Assembly (NCBI GenBank): GCA_040380025.1
Contig: JBEIJY010000001.1
Coordinates: forward strand, 96,001 to 160,000
From: Bdellovibrionales bacterium
GTDB lineage: Bacteria; Bdellovibrionota; UBA1018; CAIMNF01
Direction of reading: 5' to 3'
DNA length: 64,000 nucleotides
Position numbers and translations under genes: made by a program. A model generated the notes under the pieces. It did not search any database. It worked only from the letters and a program-made list of their open reading frames with translations, and was not told the DNA's origin. Positions 60,707 through 64,000 of this stretch are shown here, piece after piece; position 1 is the stretch's first letter; every line of letters starts with the position of its first letter.

Positions 60707-61512
60707 TGGTGTTCGAGACCTGGTCCGCTCCGGAGCTCCTGTCGTTTTTCCTGGTGCTCGTCCGCGTGAGCGTGCTTGTGTCTCTTTTGCCAGTGTTCGG
60801 CGACAAGGTGGTGCCTGCGCCGGTGAAGATCCTTCTTTCGCTCACTTTTTCTGCAGTGCTGTTTCCGGTCCTGCGATCGAGCGGCTCGGTACGGGTCAGC
60901 GATGCCGAGATCTGGGCCGAGACTTCCGGCAGGCTGCTCCTTGCGGTCGCGACCGAGGTAATGATCGGGATCGGTGTCGGGTTTGCCTCCCAGCTCGTAT
61001 TCCAGGCCGTGACGATCGCGGGTGACTTCATGTCGCAACTGATGGGATTCAGCATGGCCTCGATTTATGACCCCCACATGGAGACCCAGACCGTTGTTTT
61101 GGCCCAGATGCTGAGCGCGCTTGCCATGCTCACGTTCCTGGCGCTTGACGGACATCACATTCTGTTCCGGGCGATGGTCGAGACGTTTCATTCCATTCCC
61201 CAGGGCCATGTGGCCCTGAATGAGGCATTCCGGAACTCCATGCTCGAGCTCGTGAAGAACACGCTTCTGTTCGGGATCCAGCTTTCGGCGCCGATGGCCG
61301 CCTGCATGTTGCTCGTGAACATCGTGTACGGCGTGCTCGGGAAAGCCCTCCCGCAGTTGAACATCCTGACCCTCTCGATGGCCTCAAGTGCCCTGATCGG
61401 CGGATTCGTCCTCCTAGTGACGTATCCGGGGATCCAGAGCGGGATGAGCAATATCTTCAATTCTTATTTCGAAGATCTGAGCCGTTTCTTGGTGGTGTAT
61501 GGCGGAAAATAA
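60706..61512 (+). CDS. fliR: Flagellar export protein FliR
   Basis: PVFG...VP..VK, AG.....MGFS.A..YDP, LDGHH, PQLNI. Confidence 0.95.
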   Translation: MVFETWSAPELLSFFLVLVRVSVLVSLLPVFGDKVVPAPVKILLSLTFSAVLFPVLRSSGSVRVSDAEIWAETSGRLLLAVATEVMIGIGVGFASQLVFQAVTIAGDFMSQLMGFSMASIYDPHMETQTVVLAQMLSALAMLTFLALDGHHILFRAMVETFHSIPQGHVALNEAFRNSMLELVKNTLLFGIQLSAPMAACMLLVNIVYGVLGKALPQLNILTLSMASSALIGGFVLLVTYPGIQSGMSNIFNSYFEDLSRFLVVYGGK

Positions 61513-62587
61513 CGAAGACAGGAATCTAGAGGACTTGTCGGAAGAGGCGTCACCGTATCGCCTCGAGGAATATCGAAAAAAAGGGCAGGTCGCCCAGAGC
61601 AGGGAGCTTGTGACTCTTGCAGTCGCACTCGCATGCGGATTGGTGCTGTTCGTGACCGCTCCGAGCATTGCCGAGGAAGTGAAGAAGTTCATGCGCGAGG
61701 TGTTCACCCAGGATCTCGCGATGAAGCCCGGAGCGAATCTTCTCGAGCTTGCCGGGCTCAGGCTCACTCAGATCCTGAAACTGTTCGCGACCATCGGACT
61801 TCCGGTCGCAGTGGTGGGGTTTCTGCTCGGCGTGGGCGGGCATCTGGGGCAGATCGGATTTCTGTTCACCCTCGATCCCCTGACTCCCGATTTCGACAAG
61901 ATCAATCCCTTGAACGGGCTGAAACGGCTGTTCTCGGTTCGAAACCTGATCGAGTCTGCGCGGGTGGTTCTGAAGGGCGTGATTCTGTGCTTCGCCGCCT
62001 ATGCGATTCTGAAGTCTGCGATCCTCTCGTCTCCGGCCCTGCTTTTTTCGCATCCGGGGCAGGTGTTCTCGGTGCTCGGGGACTCGGGGAAGAGCCTGTT
62101 CTTCACACTCTGCGGGATTCTTGCGGTTTTCGCGGGAATTGATTTTGTTCTGCAAAGGCGCGAGTACGCTAAGCAGGTCCGGGTCACGAAGCAAGAGGCG
62201 AAGCAGGAAGCCAAGGAACAAGAGGGGGATCCTCTCATCAAGGCCCGTGTCCGGTCGATCCAGCGAGACATGGCCCGGAAGCGCATGATGCAGGCCGTGA
62301 AGAAGGCCGATGTTGTGATCACGAACCCGACCCACATCGCGGTGGCCCTCCAGTACGACAAAGACAAAATGGTGGCCCCGAGGGTGGTGGCCAAGGGTGC
62401 GGACTTCATGGCCGAGCGGATCAAGAAGATCGCGGCCGAGAACGGCGTGGTGACCGTCGAGAACGTGCCACTGGCGCGTTCTCTCTTCAAGTCGGTGAAG
62501 GTGGGGCAGGTGATTCCGAAGACGCTCTTCCAGGCCGTCGCCGAAGTTCTGGCGTATGTGTACAAACTCCGGAATCGGAGCATCTGA
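61499..62587 (+). CDS. flhB: Flagellar export protein FlhB
   Basis: KGQVAQSRE, INPLNGLKR, EGDP, NPTH autocleavage motif. Confidence 0.97.
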   Translation: MAENNEDRNLEDLSEEASPYRLEEYRKKGQVAQSRELVTLAVALACGLVLFVTAPSIAEEVKKFMREVFTQDLAMKPGANLLELAGLRLTQILKLFATIGLPVAVVGFLLGVGGHLGQIGFLFTLDPLTPDFDKINPLNGLKRLFSVRNLIESARVVLKGVILCFAAYAILKSAILSSPALLFSHPGQVFSVLGDSGKSLFFTLCGILAVFAGIDFVLQRREYAKQVRVTKQEAKQEAKEQEGDPLIKARVRSIQRDMARKRMMQAVKKADVVITNPTHIAVALQYDKDKMVAPRVVAKGADFMAERIKKIAAENGVVTVENVPLARSLFKSVKVGQVIPKTLFQAVAEVLAYVYKLRNRSI

Positions 62588-62590
62588 TGC

Positions 62591-62725
62591 GCGGGATGGA
62601 GGGAAGGGATTGGAATGATTCGATTTTCCCCTCCGAGCCGCGTCCTGCGGCCTCGCTTTCGCGCGTCACGCGCTCGCGAGAGTCGGGGAAAACCGAATCA
62701 TCCCAGTCCCGTCTCTCCATCCCGC
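62591..62725. repeat. 135-bp imperfect palindrome between flhB and flhA
   Basis: gcgggatggag..gggattgg.atgattcg.ttttcccc / ggggaaaa.cgaatcat.ccagtccc..ctccatcccgc; core homologous to 37329-37422. Confidence 0.85.
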
Positions 62726-62868
62726 TCACCCTTCAGGCCCCTTGAAATGCCACGGGCCGAGAAAATTCTTCCCCGTCCGGCCCGAATCACGTTATTCTTT
62801 TGGAGAGGCGGGATGCCTCGTGTTCCGGAACCGGTCCGGAGCGTTTCTGTTGTGAGGAGTCAAGGAAG

Positions 62869-64000
62869 ATGAATCAGGCAGCAGGCCAGACATCACAGTC
62901 ATCGGGCAAAGGCCCGTTTTCGAGGCTTTTTGGAAGCCCCGACGTGCTCATGGCCGTCGGGATCATCGGGATCCTTGCGATCATGATCGTACCGCTTCCG
63001 GCCTTCCTGATCGATATCTTCATCTCGCTCGGAATCATCATCTCGATCATCATGCTCGCGACCTCGATCAACGTGAGGCGCGCTCTCGAGTTCAGTTCGT
63101 TTCCCACCGTTCTTCTCTTGGTGACGCTCTTCCGGCTTTCGTTGAACGTCGCAACGACGCGGGTGATTCTGCTTCGCGGGGCCGATGCCGGAACATCCGC
63201 CGCGGGCTCGGTGATCCACTCCTTCGGTGAATTCGTGATCGGCGGGAATTACGCCGTCGGTCTGGTGGTGTTCGCGATTCTCGTCGTCATCAACTTCGTG
63301 GTCATCACCAAGGGTGCCGGACGCGTCGCCGAAGTCTCGGCGCGCTTCACCCTCGATGCCTTGCCCGGAAAGCAAATGTCGATCGATGCCGATCTCAACT
63401 CGGGCGGCATCAACGAAGAAGAAGCGAGACGCCGTCGCGCCGACATCGCCCGCGAAGCCGAGTTCTACGGGGCCATGGACGGTGCGAGCAAGTTCGTCCG
63501 CGGGGACGCCATCGCGGGGATTTTGATCGTATTCATCAATATCTTGGGCGGGATCATCATCGGAACCCTTCAGCGCGGGATGAGCATCGCCGATGCCGCA
63601 CAGGTGTTCACGCTTCTGACCATCGGGGATGGTCTCGTGACCCAGATTCCGGCCCTCATCGTTTCGACCGCGGCCGGTATCATTGTCACCCGCTCGGGCG
63701 GGCAGAACGATCTCGGGACGGACCTAGGAAACCAGGTGTTTTCCCAGCCAAAGGCGCTGTATGCGGGCGCCGGCGTGATGGGGGTTCTTGCGGTGATCCC
63801 GGGGCTTCCGTTTCTTCCGTTTGCGATCCTCGGGGGAGCGTTCGGTTTGATCGCGAATCTGCAGGGCAAGAAGGCCCAGGCGCGAGTCAATGAAGAAACG
63901 AAAAAGAAGGAAGTCGAAAAACTGAAGAAGGAACCCGAGAAGATCGAGAACCTCCTCGGGATCGATCCGCTCGAACTCGAAGTGGGATACGGTCTGGTGA
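62869..64000 (+). CDS. flhA: Flagellar export protein FlhA, 3'-truncated by the window edge
   Basis: ATG 62869; translation shows FSSFPTVLL, LNVATTR, KGAGRVAEVSARFTLDALPGKQMSIDADL, FYGAMDGASKFVRGDA, TIGDGLVTQIP. Confidence 0.96.
   Translation, partial: MNQAAGQTSQSSGKGPFSRLFGSPDVLMAVGIIGILAIMIVPLPAFLIDIFISLGIIISIIMLATSINVRRALEFSSFPTVLLLVTLFRLSLNVATTRVILLRGADAGTSAAGSVIHSFGEFVIGGNYAVGLVVFAILVVINFVVITKGAGRVAEVSARFTLDALPGKQMSIDADLNSGGINEEEARRRRADIAREAEFYGAMDGASKFVRGDAIAGILIVFINILGGIIIGTLQRGMSIADAAQVFTLLTIGDGLVTQIPALIVSTAAGIIVTRSGGQNDLGTDLGNQVFSQPKALYAGAGVMGVLAVIPGLPFLPFAILGGAFGLIANLQGKKAQARVNEETKKKEVEKLKKEPEKIENLLGIDPLELEVGYGLV

Noticed and set aside
62801..62816. Sigma54 promoter before flhA
   Set aside because: Spacing is GG-N11-GC, not the required N10.

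Overview
GC-rich bacterial chromosome segment, probably from a Bdellovibrionota/Oligoflexia-like lineage (inferred from spoVG next to tRNA-Gln, DUF1844, an extended FliO, and TPR protein + Fis-type activator directly before flgB). The right third (about 41-64 kb) is one large flagellar basal-body/hook/export cluster, flgB to a partial flhA. The middle is housekeeping: clpB, amgK-murU-like pair, yceI, ABC-F, dus, prfB with +1 frameshift, ybeY, mazG, coaE, ppx, MATE, an ArsA/GET3-like pair, nadA and mlaDFE. Two small accessory islands lie at tRNA-Gln(TTG) and tRNA-Ser(GCT). Each has an AAA_14/DUF4143 ATPase preceded by palindromic operators, and each has a 140-150 bp element whose terminal inverted repeats are the 3' end of its own neighbouring tRNA. 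At tRNA-Gln this element lies inside a 228-bp direct repeat that brackets the ATPase gene. No integrase or transposase is present. Other notable items: a dispersed structured repeat with a compensatory base change (37.3 kb and 62.6 kb), a candidate anti-Shine-Dalgarno sRNA (32.6 kb), a two-hairpin leader before flgE, a signal-peptide-bearing ClpB-D2-like AAA+ paralog pair, a toxin-like pseudogene beside an intact HTH antitoxin, and several intact ORFs with eroded catalytic motifs. No CRISPR array or rRNA was seen. All calls come from reading the sequence by eye; no database search was run.
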